Of a stretch of 64,000 bases of DNA, positions 48,280 to 57,959 are shown in pieces. Source of the DNA: Acidobacteriaceae bacterium (GTDB lineage: Bacteria; Acidobacteriota; Terriglobia; Terriglobales; Acidobacteriaceae); assembly GCA_049693715.1 (NCBI GenBank), contig JBAVQC010000317.1, positions 6,441 to 70,440 on the forward strand. Direction: 5' to 3'. The position numbers and the translations under genes were made by a program. Position 1 is the first letter of the stretch; every line of letters starts with the position of its first letter. The notes under the pieces are model-generated. The model had not been told where the DNA came from and did not search any database. It saw nothing but the letters and a program-made list of their open reading frames with translations.

Positions 48280-48477
48280 GAGTCCCGTAGGGACGGATGA
48301 ACTTAGCCCAGGCAGTCCTGGGTATGACGAGGAACATGATTAAAGTCCCGAAGGGACGGCTGAAGCTTGTCCAGGGTTGCACAGCGGCATATTTCAGCCG
48401 TCCCTGCGGGACTTTTCGTCCTTCGAATTTCTACCCAGGACTGCGTCCTGGGCTAAGTTCAGCCGTCCCTGCGGGAC
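48280..48477. repeat. ~200-bp nested-palindrome element, copy 1
   Basis: Outer arms 48280-48324 and 48432-48477 are reverse complements. Each holds a GTCCC-NNN-GGGAC unit plus a CCCAGG..CCTGGG unit. Inner arms 48343-48364 and 48393-48414 match 21/22. It has the same architecture as 62020-62211. Confidence 0.8.
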
Positions 48478-48488
48478 GCAGGATGGAT

Positions 48489-49241
48489 TTACGCTTCGTC
48501 CTGGTACTGGCGGAGAATCGCGACGCTGGCGCTGGCCCCAATCCGGGTGGCCCCTGCCTCCAGCATGGCGCGCGCATCACTGAAAGTACGGATCCCTCCG
48601 GAAGCTTTGACTCCGCACCGATTTCCGGCCACCCCGCGCAAAATGGCCACATCGGCCGGAGTAGCGCCCCCGGTAGAAAACCCCGTGCTGGTCTTAAGAA
48701 AGTCGGCCCCGGCGGCCAGGCCAAGCTCGGAGGCGAGCAGCTTCTCTTCCACGCTGAGCAGCGAAGTCTCCAGAATCACCTTCACTACCGCACCCGCGTC
48801 GTGGGCTACCTGCACCACCCCGCGAATATCCTGTTCCACCAGCGCCCTCATCCCGGACTTGAGCAGGCCAAGATTCATGACCATGTCCACATCGTGCGCG
48901 CCGAGCTTAATCAGGGACAGAGCCTCTTCCCGCTTGGTGGTCGTCAGACTGGCGCCCAGCGGGAATCCAACCACCACGCCGACCGGAACGCCGCTGCCCA
49001 CCATGACGGAATGGGCCAGCGACACCCAGACGGGGTTCACCATGGCGCAGGCAAAGCGATGGGTCGCCGCCTCCTCACACAGCTTTACCACTTGATCGTG
49101 CGTCGCTTCCGGCTTCAACAAAGTGTGATCGAAAACCGCGGCCAGGGCAGAGGCGTTCGCCAGCGCGGCCGAAGCAAATCCAGCGACGTCGAAATATCCG
49201 GAGTCGGGCTCGATCTCCGGTTGCAGCAGCTTGGTGGTCAT
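48489..49241 (-). CDS. deoC: Deoxyribose-phosphate aldolase
   Basis: 250 aa with DHTLLKPEAT and the Schiff-base lysine context FLKTSTGF. Confidence 0.9.
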   Translation of the reverse strand: MTTKLLQPEIEPDSGYFDVAGFASAALANASALAAVFDHTLLKPEATHDQVVKLCEEAATHRFACAMVNPVWVSLAHSVMVGSGVPVGVVVGFPLGASLTTTKREEALSLIKLGAHDVDMVMNLGLLKSGMRALVEQDIRGVVQVAHDAGAVVKVILETSLLSVEEKLLASELGLAAGADFLKTSTGFSTGGATPADVAILRGVAGNRCGVKASGGIRTFSDARAMLEAGATRIGASASVAILRQYQDEA

Positions 49242-49304
49242 GAAACAGGCTCCCTTTGCATGGTGAGGCTCCGGTGGGACTCTATGCTCTTATCGTGGCA
49301 AAGA

Positions 49305-49859
49305 TCAATGTGAATTTGGTGCCTCATCCGGATTAAATATCCGGATGTCGGGAAGGTTACGAAAGCGTTCCTGGTAATCCATCCCATATCCGACCACAAA
49401 ATGGTTGGGTATGGTAAAGGCGACGTAATCGGCGTCAATCTTCTCCAGCCGCCGGGCCGGTTTGTCCAGGCAAGTGGCAATCCTGAGGGTCTTGGGTTTG
49501 TGTTGCAGCAACAGTTTGCGCAGGAAAACGAGGGTCAGACCGGTATCCAGGATGTCCTCGACCAGGATCACGTTTCGACCCCCGATCGGGGTATCCAGGT
49601 CCTTGATCAATCTTACCGCACCGCTGGTCTTGACCCCCTTGTAGCTGGAGATGGCTACGAAGTCGAACGTGGTTTCGACGGAGATACTTCGCGCCAGGTC
49701 GGCGAGAAAAACCGCGGCGCCCTTCAATACCCCTACCAGCAGGATGGCTTCTCCCGCAAAATCGCGGCTGATCTGCGCGCCGATTTCCGCCACCCGGACG
49801 GCAATCTCCTCGCGACGAAACAACATGTCGTGCTCGTGCTCTCTCATGGGCTCTGTCAT
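49305..49859 (-). CDS. hpt: Hypoxanthine phosphoribosyltransferase
   Basis: 184 aa from ATG 49859. The PRPP motif is VILVEDILDTGLTL, with FVVGYGMDY near the C-terminus. The 366-aa track ORF is an upstream over-extension running antisense to lgt. Confidence 0.9.
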   Translation of the reverse strand: MTEPMREHEHDMLFRREEIAVRVAEIGAQISRDFAGEAILLVGVLKGAAVFLADLARSISVETTFDFVAISSYKGVKTSGAVRLIKDLDTPIGGRNVILVEDILDTGLTLVFLRKLLLQHKPKTLRIATCLDKPARRLEKIDADYVAFTIPNHFVVGYGMDYQERFRNLPDIRIFNPDEAPNSH

Positions 49860-49919
49860 TCTTCCACGGATTCCTGTCAAGAGAAAGCACCCGGCTATAC
49901 TGTAAGAACAGACGCCGGC

Positions 49920-50711
49920 ATGTACCCCTTCATTCACATCGGACACTTTTCCATTGGCACTTTTGGCCTCTGCCTGTGGTTGGCGTCGGTATGTGCCTGC
50001 TGGACGCTTTATAAGAATTTTCAACGCCACGGGATCGACGCGGATGCGGTCGGGGTGGCGGCGTATACCACGGTCGGCGGCGTGGTCGGAGCCAAACTGT
50101 GGCATGTACTGGAAGATCCCACGTTGCTCATGCATCAGCCGCTCCAGGTTCTTTTTGACCGTGCTGGATTCGCCTGGTTTGGCGGGTTGCTGGTGGGGAT
50201 AGCGGTGCTGGTGTGGCAAGGACGCCAGGCGAAAATTGGCGGCTTGGCGATGCTCGACCTGGCGGCCCCGGCGGTCGCGGTCGGCTACGGCGTGGGGCGG
50301 TTGGGATGTCTGATCTCGGGGGATGGCGACTACGGCATTCCCACCAGCCTGCCCTGGGGCATGAGCTTTCCTAATGGGCTGGTGCCGACCGCCCAGAGGG
50401 TTCATCCGACGCCCATCTACGAGTTATTGGTCGCTTTGCTGATTGCTGCCTGGTTGTGGCGGCGGGGAACGAAATCCGGTACGTTTTCCGCCGGCCGGCT
50501 CACGGGCGAATACCTGGTGCTGAGTGGTGCGGCGCGCTTCCTGGTCGAGTTCATCCGCATCAATCCCCGCATCTATTGGGGAATGAGCAATGCACAGGTC
50601 GCCAGCCTGGGCTCGATCGTGGCCGGTATTTTGCTTATGCTCTGGGCCCGGCGCCACAGCGCAGCGAGGGCAGCCGAGGTGATGCCGATCGAAGCTACAT
50701 CCCGGCGCTAG
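49920..50711 (+). CDS. lgt: Prolipoprotein diacylglyceryl transferase
   Basis: 263 aa from ATG 49920. Polytopic membrane protein with Lgt-type blocks (GRLGCLISGD..LPWG, HPTPIYE). The track ORF start at 49401 is an antisense over-extension across hpt. Confidence 0.85.
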   Translation: MYPFIHIGHFSIGTFGLCLWLASVCACWTLYKNFQRHGIDADAVGVAAYTTVGGVVGAKLWHVLEDPTLLMHQPLQVLFDRAGFAWFGGLLVGIAVLVWQGRQAKIGGLAMLDLAAPAVAVGYGVGRLGCLISGDGDYGIPTSLPWGMSFPNGLVPTAQRVHPTPIYELLVALLIAAWLWRRGTKSGTFSAGRLTGEYLVLSGAARFLVEFIRINPRIYWGMSNAQVASLGSIVAGILLMLWARRHSAARAAEVMPIEATSRR

Positions 50712-50803
50712 GAGGCTGGGGAAAAATGTGAGGGCTTCCGCGGCCTGCTAGACATTTTCCCCGTAAGCCCCAACCATCGCCCGCATAGAAGAAGAGGTGA
50801 ACC

Positions 50804-51100
50804 ATGGCCCAATCCGATCAACTCCGCGTTCCCGAACCAGCCCGAACTGACGCCAAATCCTTTGAACTCCTGCGCGTTTGGATCGCGCACCAGGATCAGC
50901 ACATCAGTATGCGTGTTGGCGTGTGGAAGGAACCCGAAGCCTGGGGCATGATGCTGGCGGACCTCGCCCGCCACATCGCCGCCGCCTTCGAGCAGGCCGA
51001 GAAGCGCGACCCCATGGAGATGCTGGCCCGCATCAAAGCTGGTTTTGAAACCGAGATTGAATCTCCTACGGAGGAGGTCCACGGCGAGGTCGCCGGTTGA
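50804..51100 (+). CDS. Small DUF5076-like protein
   Basis: 98-aa ORF (..ELLRVWIAHQDQHISMRVGVW..PEAWGMMLADLARHIA..). The stop lies 4 nt before the likely uvrA start. Confidence 0.55.
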   Translation: MAQSDQLRVPEPARTDAKSFELLRVWIAHQDQHISMRVGVWKEPEAWGMMLADLARHIAAAFEQAEKRDPMEMLARIKAGFETEIESPTEEVHGEVAG

Positions 51101-51104
51101 GACA

Positions 51105-54014
51105 TTGAACGATCAGATCACCATTCGTGGCGCACGAACCCACAACCTGAAGAATATCGACTGCGATCTGACCCACGGTCTGCTTACGGTGGTCTCCGGC
51201 GTTTCAGGCTCGGGCAAATCCTCGCTCGCTTTCGACACTATTTACGCGGAAGGGCAGCGCCGCTACGTTGAATCTCTCTCCGCGTATGCACGGCAGTTTT
51301 TGGAGCGCATCGAGAAGCCTGACGTGGACCTGATCGACGGCCTGGCGCCGGCCATTGCCATCAAACAGAAGAACACCACCCGCAATCCGCGGTCGACGGT
51401 GGCCACGGCGACCGAGATTTACGACTATCTGCGGCTGCTCTTCGCCCGCTGCGGCACCGCACACTGCATCGTTTGCGGTGGAGTTGTCAGGCGCGACACG
51501 GTGGATGAAATTGCCGCATCCATCCTCGCGCTGGGCGAGGACACCCGTCTCTATGCACTGTTTCCCGTAAAGCCCGCGGTAGTGCCTGATGCGGAGCCCA
51601 AAAAACGAAAGAAGGCGAAGGCCCCTGCCAACCCCGCGCTTCCTAGCGATGGATTGAAAGAGCGGCTCAATGAACTGCGCACGCGCGGATTCAACCGCCT
51701 CTACCAGAATGGAAAAATCGTGGAGTTCTCCACTCCCGAGTCTCTCCTCGACCTGGACTTCGGCCAGGCGCTCTATGCGCTGGTCGATCGCCTGGTGGTC
51801 TCCTTAGAGAACCGGGCCCGTATCGTCGATGCCGCAGAGATTGGCTTCCGCGAGTCGGGAGAGATTGTTTACGAAACTGTCCCGCGCGATGAAGAAACAG
51901 AGCCTCGGAGGTTGCGTTTTTCTCAGGCATTTGAGTGCAAGCTCTGCCATCGCATCTATCGCGAACCAGAACCCCGGCTATTTTCGTTCAACAATCCGTA
52001 CGGTGCCTGCGAGCGTTGCCAGGGGTTCGGTAACACCATCGATTTCGATATCAACCTGATCATTCCCGACAAGAACAAGACGCTGAACGAGGGAGCGATC
52101 GATCCCTGGACACGCCCCAAGTACCGCCCCTACCAATCAGAGCTCAGGAAAGCCGCGATGCAGCATAGTATTCCGCTGGACACACCGTGGAGAGAGTTGA
52201 CGCCTGCGCAGCAGGCCTTGGTGCTGGATGGACATGAATCTTTCCTCGGGGTCCACGGCTTCTTCGCTCTTTTGGAGCGCAAGAAGTACAAGCTGCATGT
52301 GCGCGTGATGCTGAGCAAGTACCGGGGGTACGCCGAGTGTCCGGATTGCAAAGGAACCCGTTTGCGGGCCGAAGCCCGCGCGGTGCGCATCAACGGGCTC
52401 AACATCTGCGAGGTTTCCGCACTCACCATCCGCGAGGCGCACCGCCTGTTTGAGAATCTTCGCTTGACCCCGCAGCAGCAGGAGATCGCCGGCGGCATCC
52501 TGGTAGAAATACAACAGCGGTTACATTTTCTCGATGCGGTCGGGTTGGAGTACATCACCCTCGACCGGCTTGCTTCTACTCTTTCCGGAGGCGAAGCACA
52601 GCGCATCCAGCTGGCGACTTCGCTCGGGTCCCGCCTGGTGGGAGCGCTCTACGTGCTGGACGAACCATCCATCGGATTGCACAGCCGGGATACGGCCAAG
52701 CTGATTCGTATCCTCGAAGAACTGCGCGATCTGGGCAATACGATCCTGGTTGTCGAGCACGACCCGGACGTGATTCGCGCGGCCGATTGGCTGGTCGATC
52801 TTGGCCCCGGCGCCGGGGAATTGGGTGGCCGCATTCTGGCTTCGGGCACGGTGGACGAGGTGGAGAGAAATCCCGACTCGTTGACCGGCCGCTATTTGAG
52901 CGGGCAGCTCACGATTCCCATTCCTACCCGGCGGCGGGAGCCGATGCGGGAGAAGCTGGTATTGCGGGGTGCGCGGATTCACAACCTGAACGGGCTCGAT
53001 GTCGAGATTCCCATGGGCATGCTGGTCTGCATCACCGGTGTTTCGGGTTCCGGCAAGTCCACCCTGGTGCACGACGTGCTTTACCCTGCGGTGTCGCACG
53101 CCCTGGGCAAGAATGAGGGTGGCGATCCCTCGCATCTTTACCGTGAACTCAAGGGAGCAGAGCGGCTGAACGATATCGTTCTCGTCGACCAGGCGCCCAT
53201 CGGGCGGACACCGCGTTCTAACCCGGTTACCTACATCAAGGCCTTCGACTCGATCCGGGAGCTCTTCGCGGCCCAGCCCGAGGCCCAGCGCAGAGGATAC
53301 GCGGCAGGCCACTTTTCTTTCAACGTGCCTGGCGGCCGGTGCGACGTATGCGAGGGCGACGGTACCGTTACCGTGGAGATGCAATTCCTTGCCGACGTGG
53401 AGCTGCCGTGCGAGGAATGCAATGGAACCCGCTACAAAGCGAGCGTTCTGGAGATCAAGTACCGGGGGAAGAACATCCACGAGGTGCTTAGCCTGACGGT
53501 GAAGGAGGCTCTCCGCTTCTTCACCGGTCAGACCCGCATTCTGGACAAGCTGGCGGTCCTGGACGAGGTGGGATTGGGATACGTTCGCCTGGGCCAGTCG
53601 GCGACCACGCTCTCGGGCGGGGAAGCGCAAAGGGTCAAACTGGCGGCGCACCTTTCTCAGGGCCGCAGCGCCATGGGACGAGCCGCCAACAACGGGGCGG
53701 CCAAGGCGGGTAGCCGGGTGCTCTACATCCTGGATGAGCCGACCACCGGATTGCATTTTGACGATGTGAGTAAGCTCCTGACCGCATTCAAGCGGCTGAT
53801 CGACGCCGGCGGTTCGTTGATAGTAATCGAGCACAACCTGGACGTAATCAAGTCTGCGGACTGGGTGATCGATCTGGGCCCGGAGGCGGGTGCAGGGGGC
53901 GGCCAGGTGATAGCGGCGGGCACACCGGAGCAGGTGGCGCAGACCCCCGGCTCGCACACGGGACATTGGCTTGCGCTTGCCCTGGCGGCGCAAGAGGCGC
54001 GGGCTGCACAATGA
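51105..54014 (+). CDS. uvrA: Excinuclease ABC subunit A
   Basis: [47 protein letters not shown], zinc-finger Cys clusters and two ABC ATPase modules. The TTG start at 51105 gives the canonical N-terminal spacing. The track ORF begins at an upstream TTG (51045) inside the preceding gene. Confidence 0.95.
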   Translation: MNDQITIRGARTHNLKNIDCDLTHGLLTVVSGVSGSGKSSLAFDTIYAEGQRRYVESLSAYARQFLERIEKPDVDLIDGLAPAIAIKQKNTTRNPRSTVATATEIYDYLRLLFARCGTAHCIVCGGVVRRDTVDEIAASILALGEDTRLYALFPVKPAVVPDAEPKKRKKAKAPANPALPSDGLKERLNELRTRGFNRLYQNGKIVEFSTPESLLDLDFGQALYALVDRLVVSLENRARIVDAAEIGFRESGEIVYETVPRDEETEPRRLRFSQAFECKLCHRIYREPEPRLFSFNNPYGACERCQGFGNTIDFDINLIIPDKNKTLNEGAIDPWTRPKYRPYQSELRKAAMQHSIPLDTPWRELTPAQQALVLDGHESFLGVHGFFALLERKKYKLHVRVMLSKYRGYAECPDCKGTRLRAEARAVRINGLNICEVSALTIREAHRLFENLRLTPQQQEIAGGILVEIQQRLHFLDAVGLEYITLDRLASTLSGGEAQRIQLATSLGSRLVGALYVLDEPSIGLHSRDTAKLIRILEELRDLGNTILVVEHDPDVIRAADWLVDLGPGAGELGGRILASGTVDEVERNPDSLTGRYLSGQLTIPIPTRRREPMREKLVLRGARIHNLNGLDVEIPMGMLVCITGVSGSGKSTLVHDVLYPAVSHALGKNEGGDPSHLYRELKGAERLNDIVLVDQAPIGRTPRSNPVTYIKAFDSIRELFAAQPEAQRRGYAAGHFSFNVPGGRCDVCEGDGTVTVEMQFLADVELPCEECNGTRYKASVLEIKYRGKNIHEVLSLTVKEALRFFTGQTRILDKLAVLDEVGLGYVRLGQSATTLSGGEAQRVKLAAHLSQGRSAMGRAANNGAAKAGSRVLYILDEPTTGLHFDDVSKLLTAFKRLIDAGGSLIVIEHNLDVIKSADWVIDLGPEAGAGGGQVIAAGTPEQVAQTPGSHTGHWLALALAAQEARAAQ

Positions 54015-55333
54015 GGCCGCTATCCTACCTTCTGGCCGCGGCGTTATTGCCGATGCTGGCACAGGCCCAGAACCAACTCCCGCCCGGAACCCAGGCGCCG
54101 GACAGCGTAAGTCAACCGGCGCACCCGCCCCAGAGGGACGAGGCAGAAAACAAGATCGATCAGAAGGATTTTGAGGGCGCCCGGCCCCTGCTGATGAAGT
54201 ACCTCAGCCAAAACCCGGGCGACGCCCGCGCGCTGTTTGATCTCGGCTATGTCGAGGATGCCGGCAACCACCAGGATGCGGCCGCCACCGACTATCGCCA
54301 AGCCATAGCCGCCAACCCAAAGCAGTTCGAAGCACGCCTGGCGCTGGGGCTCCTGCTGGCTCACCAGGGCAAGTACGACGAAGCCCGGGAACAGATTCAA
54401 CAGGCAACCTTGCTGACGCCGGAGCCACCCAGCCCCATTGCGCAGGCGGAGGCCTTCCGGACCCTGGCCAAGCTGGATCGCACCGCCGATCCTTCGGCTG
54501 CGCGCGATGCCTTGGTGGCCGCGCTAAAACTCAGCCCCGAGGCCCCAGCCGACTTGCTCCTGACCGCTCAGATTGCCGAAGCCAATGGCGACACGGAACT
54601 GGCGCAGGCGGCGTACCAGCGGCTGCTCTCAGGCCATCCGGCGCCCTCAGCCAGCGACGCGGCCGCCGCTACGGGCGGGTTGGCTCAGCTGATGATTAAA
54701 GAGAAGAAATACTCCGACGCCGAGCCGCTGCTCAAAAGCGCCTTGGAGCGGGACCCCCGTGATCCGGTGCTGAATGCCCAGTTGGCCACGACCCTGCTTG
54801 CCCAGGGGAAAAATGACGAGGCGTTGCCGATGCTCGAAACCCTGAGGCAGTTAGAGCCGAATAATGGCGCCGTCGACCACATGCTGGCCGACGCTTATTC
54901 CCAATCCGGCCATCCTGACAAGGCAGACCCGATTTACGCCAAGCTGGTCGCTAGTAACCCGGGGGACGAGGAAATCCTTGTCGCGCAGGGGGAGAACCTG
55001 GTCCGGGAGCGGCTCTATACCCAGGCCCAGGACGTGTTTGAGCGATCGGTCAAGCTTAAGCCAGACGACGGAGACGCATGGAGCGGACTTGCCTTCACCG
55101 CATCCGAGAACAAGCAGTATCAAGTCACACTGAACGCTCTTTTGATGCGATCAAAATATCTTTCGGAGACTCCAGCTACTTACTTCCTTTGGGCAACCTC
55201 ATACGATAGCCTGCATCTGTCGAAACAAGCGCAGGATTACTACCGCAAGTTCCTCACTGCTGCCGACGGAAAATTGCCCGACCAGGAATGGCAAGCCAAG
55301 CATCGACTCGTTGCTCTTGGTGGAAGTCATTAA
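54011..55333 (+). CDS. Secreted TPR-repeat protein
   Basis: ATG 54011 overlaps the uvrA stop (ATGA). It has a signal peptide ([20 protein letters not shown]) and multiple TPR-like repeats. Confidence 0.7.
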   Translation: MRPLSYLLAAALLPMLAQAQNQLPPGTQAPDSVSQPAHPPQRDEAENKIDQKDFEGARPLLMKYLSQNPGDARALFDLGYVEDAGNHQDAAATDYRQAIAANPKQFEARLALGLLLAHQGKYDEAREQIQQATLLTPEPPSPIAQAEAFRTLAKLDRTADPSAARDALVAALKLSPEAPADLLLTAQIAEANGDTELAQAAYQRLLSGHPAPSASDAAAATGGLAQLMIKEKKYSDAEPLLKSALERDPRDPVLNAQLATTLLAQGKNDEALPMLETLRQLEPNNGAVDHMLADAYSQSGHPDKADPIYAKLVASNPGDEEILVAQGENLVRERLYTQAQDVFERSVKLKPDDGDAWSGLAFTASENKQYQVTLNALLMRSKYLSETPATYFLWATSYDSLHLSKQAQDYYRKFLTAADGKLPDQEWQAKHRLVALGGSH

Positions 55334-55369
55334 CGTAAGACGTTCCGTAAGCCCTCCGAGAGGTGCCCT

Positions 55370-55828
55370 ATGCGGTTCGTGGCCCCGACCATCGCCGTCA
55401 CTGCTCTATTCTTCAGCCTGACCTGTGCCCGCGCCTTCGCCGTCGACGACCGCATCGTCGATGCCCAGGCTATGGCGGCGCTCATGGCGAAGGCTGATCA
55501 GGCCCAGCCCAGGGAACAATGCTTTCTCTATGCCGAACTGGTTCACGACATGACTGAATTGGCGGGGCAGCAATTCAAATCCGGTGACGAAGATCATGCA
55601 TCGGCCACGCTGCATTTGGTGCAGAAGTATGCGGAGAAGATCCACATGGGCGTCGCCGCAGATGGCAAGAAGATGAAGAACGCGGAAGAGTTGATGCGGC
55701 ACACTTCGTTTCGTCTGGCCGGCATCCTCAATGCCGCTTCTTATGACGATCGGCAGGTCTTGCAGGCTACCTTGAAACAGCTGGAGCAGGTGCAGACCGA
55801 ACTGATGATGCAGGTCTTCAAGAAATAA
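55370..55828 (+). CDS. Secreted helical hypothetical protein
   Basis: 152 aa with a signal peptide (..FFSLTCARAFA) and a helical, charged composition. Confidence 0.5.
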   Translation: MRFVAPTIAVTALFFSLTCARAFAVDDRIVDAQAMAALMAKADQAQPREQCFLYAELVHDMTELAGQQFKSGDEDHASATLHLVQKYAEKIHMGVAADGKKMKNAEELMRHTSFRLAGILNAASYDDRQVLQATLKQLEQVQTELMMQVFKK

Positions 55829-55831
55829 GTC

Positions 55832-56368
55832 TTGAAGCGATCGGTACCCATCACGGCCGTTTTAATGGTGCTGGCCATGGTGCCGGCATTTGCCCAGTCC
55901 AGGAAAGATCCCTTAACCGAGCAGCAAGCCGAAGCGGTCCGCGAGGCTGGAGACCAGCCCTTGGACAGGGTGAAGCTATTCGAGGGCTACGTCGACGACC
56001 GCGCCAAGGAGATCCATACTGTCAACGCGGATCCCATCGCGCAGAACAAGACCGCGCGCATCCACAACCTTCTGGACGAGTTCACGCGCCTCTCCGACGA
56101 TCTTCAGGACAACATGGACCAGTACGACGAGCAGCACGCCGATTTGCGCAAGGTGCTGAAAGAAATCATTACCAAGACCGACGAATGGGCCAAAATCCTC
56201 GCCGAGCCCAAACCGAGCAACCAATACGATTTTGTGCGCAAGACGGCCATCGACTCCAACCAGAGTGCGCATGAGACGGCCGTAAAGATGTTGGCTGACG
56301 AAGAAAAATACATCGCCGAAAAGAAGAAAGAAGAAAAGGAACGAGAGAAGGAAGAACAAAAAAGGTAA
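55832..56368 (+). CDS. Secreted helical hypothetical protein with Lys/Glu-rich tail
   Basis: 178 aa with a TTG start 3 nt after the previous stop. It has a signal peptide (..MVPAFAQ) and the tail KKKEEKEREKEEQKR. Confidence 0.5.
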   Translation: MKRSVPITAVLMVLAMVPAFAQSRKDPLTEQQAEAVREAGDQPLDRVKLFEGYVDDRAKEIHTVNADPIAQNKTARIHNLLDEFTRLSDDLQDNMDQYDEQHADLRKVLKEIITKTDEWAKILAEPKPSNQYDFVRKTAIDSNQSAHETAVKMLADEEKYIAEKKKEEKEREKEEQKR

Positions 56369-56499
56369 CGGTTTAAAGCAGTTTCTCAATTACGTGGCCT
56401 GATTAAAGATCGCGAGGAGTGGTTTTTCCTTGGCAGAAAACCACGAAAAGGCCTATCGCTTCGGTCTGAACGCATTTCGAAACTGCTCGAGGGCGCCAA

Positions 56500-57207
56500 G
56501 TGCTGCTAGGCTTGAAGGCGGTGATTTCCGAATTGCACTTGATGTTTGCGGAAGAGTACCGGGCCCTTCGGCCGCGCGCTCCGATGCCTATTCTTGACGT
56601 TCGTTTCCGTCGTTTTACCAGCCTGAACACCACCATCCGCTTACGCGAAGGGCGGATGCATGTGCATTTGTCCGATTTGCTGGAGGGTGCGCCGGAAAGT
56701 GTTCTGCGCGCCATCGCGCACATTTTGCTCGCGAAGCTATACCGTAAGCCGCTGAACTCCGTACAGACCAATCGTTATCGCAGGTTTGCCTCGAGCGAAG
56801 CAGTGATCCGGCAAACGGAGTTGATCCGTCAGTCGCGCGGCCGCAAGAAGATGCTCGGGCCCCAGGGCCAGCACTACAACCTGGACGAGATTTTCGAGAG
56901 CCTGAACTGCCGCTTTTTCCACGGGTTGATGGGCCGGCCGCTGCTGACCTGGAGTGGGCACGTCGCCAAACGCAGCCTGGGTCACTACGATCCGGCGCAC
57001 AACACGATTGTGGTAAGTAGAGTTTTCGACCGCAAGAATACGCCGCGCTACGCCGTGGAGTATTTGCTCTACCACGAGATGCTGCATTTGAAGCATCCGG
57101 TAAAGGTGCGTGGCGGGCGGCGCTGCGTGCACCCGCGCGAGTTTCAGCTAGAAGAGCGCCTCTTCCCGGAATGGGATAAAGCCAAGGAATATCTAAAGAC
57201 GCTGTGA
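56500..57207 (+). CDS. SprT-like / DUF45 (YgjP-like) zinc metallopeptidase
   Basis: 235 aa with the HExxH motif in YHEMLHLKH, followed by ..VHPREFQLEERLFPEW... This resembles SprT/DUF45-type metalloproteases. Confidence 0.6.
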   Translation: MLLGLKAVISELHLMFAEEYRALRPRAPMPILDVRFRRFTSLNTTIRLREGRMHVHLSDLLEGAPESVLRAIAHILLAKLYRKPLNSVQTNRYRRFASSEAVIRQTELIRQSRGRKKMLGPQGQHYNLDEIFESLNCRFFHGLMGRPLLTWSGHVAKRSLGHYDPAHNTIVVSRVFDRKNTPRYAVEYLLYHEMLHLKHPVKVRGGRRCVHPREFQLEERLFPEWDKAKEYLKTL

Positions 57208-57229
57208 CCTAAGCCTTCCCGGTAAGGAA

Positions 57230-57395
57230 GGGCGCACTGCAGATCCCTGGGCTTTTTGTCATCCCGAGCCGATGACCTCGCCTGCGGCGAGGTCATGAAA
57301 CCAATGAACAAAACGCGGCCCAAATCTGCTGTTGATTCTATGTGGTTTAACATTTTGTACATAGGTAGCGTAGCCGAGGGACCTGCAGTGCGCCC
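57230..57395. mobile_element. 166-bp MITE-like element with 23-bp terminal inverted repeats
   Basis: The left end gggcgcactgcagatccctgggc (57230-57252) matches the reverse complement of the right end (57373-57395) at 21/23 positions. An internal hairpin atgacctcgcc-tgc-ggcgaggtcat lies at 57272-57296. No coding capacity. Confidence 0.5.
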
Positions 57396-57425
57396 GTCCC
57401 GGTCCCGCAAGCCTTGGGTTACCGC

Positions 57426-57959
57426 TTATCCGTGATGGTTACGAATTGCCGGCTCACTCACCATCGCCTCTTCTTTGCCCATAAACAAGGCATCAAAGAA
57501 AAGCAAAATCCCGCCCACCACAATCGCCGAATCGGCAACATTAAAATCCGGCCAGTGATAGTGGATGATGTGTACCTCTAAAAAGTCGATCACAAACCCA
57601 AACCGCATGCGGTCCCAGGCATTCCCCAGTGCGCCCCCGAGAATCAGCGCCAGCGCCACCGTGGTAGCCGAAACCCGGCGGCCCAGCTTCAGCAAAGCCA
57701 CCAGAACCGCCACCGCCGCCACCAGGGAAAACACCAGCAACATCCAGCGCACGCGATCCGGAGAACTCGAATCGTTAAACAAGCTGAAAGCCGCACCCGG
57801 ATTTTCGACATGACTGATGGCAAACACGTGGGGAATCACCACCACGTGATCGCCGAGCTCAATGCGCGTCGCCGCTAACCATTTCGTTACCCGATCGGCA
57901 ACCACCACGATCAGCGAAAGTAACAAAAGCCAACCTCTGGAACCTCTAATATTCATCAA
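57426..57959 (-). CDS. lspA: Lipoprotein signal peptidase II
   Basis: 177 aa with NPGAAFS, GGALGNAWDR and FNVADSAI motifs. There is a 4-nt overlap with ileS, which is the classical ileS-lspA arrangement. Confidence 0.9.
   Translation of the reverse strand: MMNIRGSRGWLLLLSLIVVVADRVTKWLAATRIELGDHVVVIPHVFAISHVENPGAAFSLFNDSSSPDRVRWMLLVFSLVAAVAVLVALLKLGRRVSATTVALALILGGALGNAWDRMRFGFVIDFLEVHIIHYHWPDFNVADSAIVVGGILLFFDALFMGKEEAMVSEPAIRNHHG

Noticed and set aside
48297-49313. 338-aa plus-strand ORF
   Set aside because: Its first third is a translation of the palindromic repeat element (..FSRPCGT..PGLRPGLSSAVPAG..). The rest is antisense to a clear deoC gene.
49305-50711. Very long overlapping track ORFs (49305-50405 minus, 366 aa; 49401-50711 plus, 436 aa)
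   Set aside because: Only the distal 184 aa (hpt) and 263 aa (lgt) show family motifs. The N-terminal extensions run antisense through the neighbouring gene and are Arg/Pro/Gly-rich, as expected for open shadow frames in high-GC DNA.
52521-54062. 513-aa minus-strand ORF, and similar long antisense ORFs (58607-60046, 45488-46342, 34032-34796, 6916-7839, 38758-39552, 41331-42107, 62561-63340, 24894-25532)
   Set aside because: Each lies fully antisense to a gene with unambiguous family motifs (uvrA, ileS, aroA, lysA, isomerase, amidohydrolase, truA, ligD, CPBP). Each has an Arg/Gly/His-rich shadow-frame composition.
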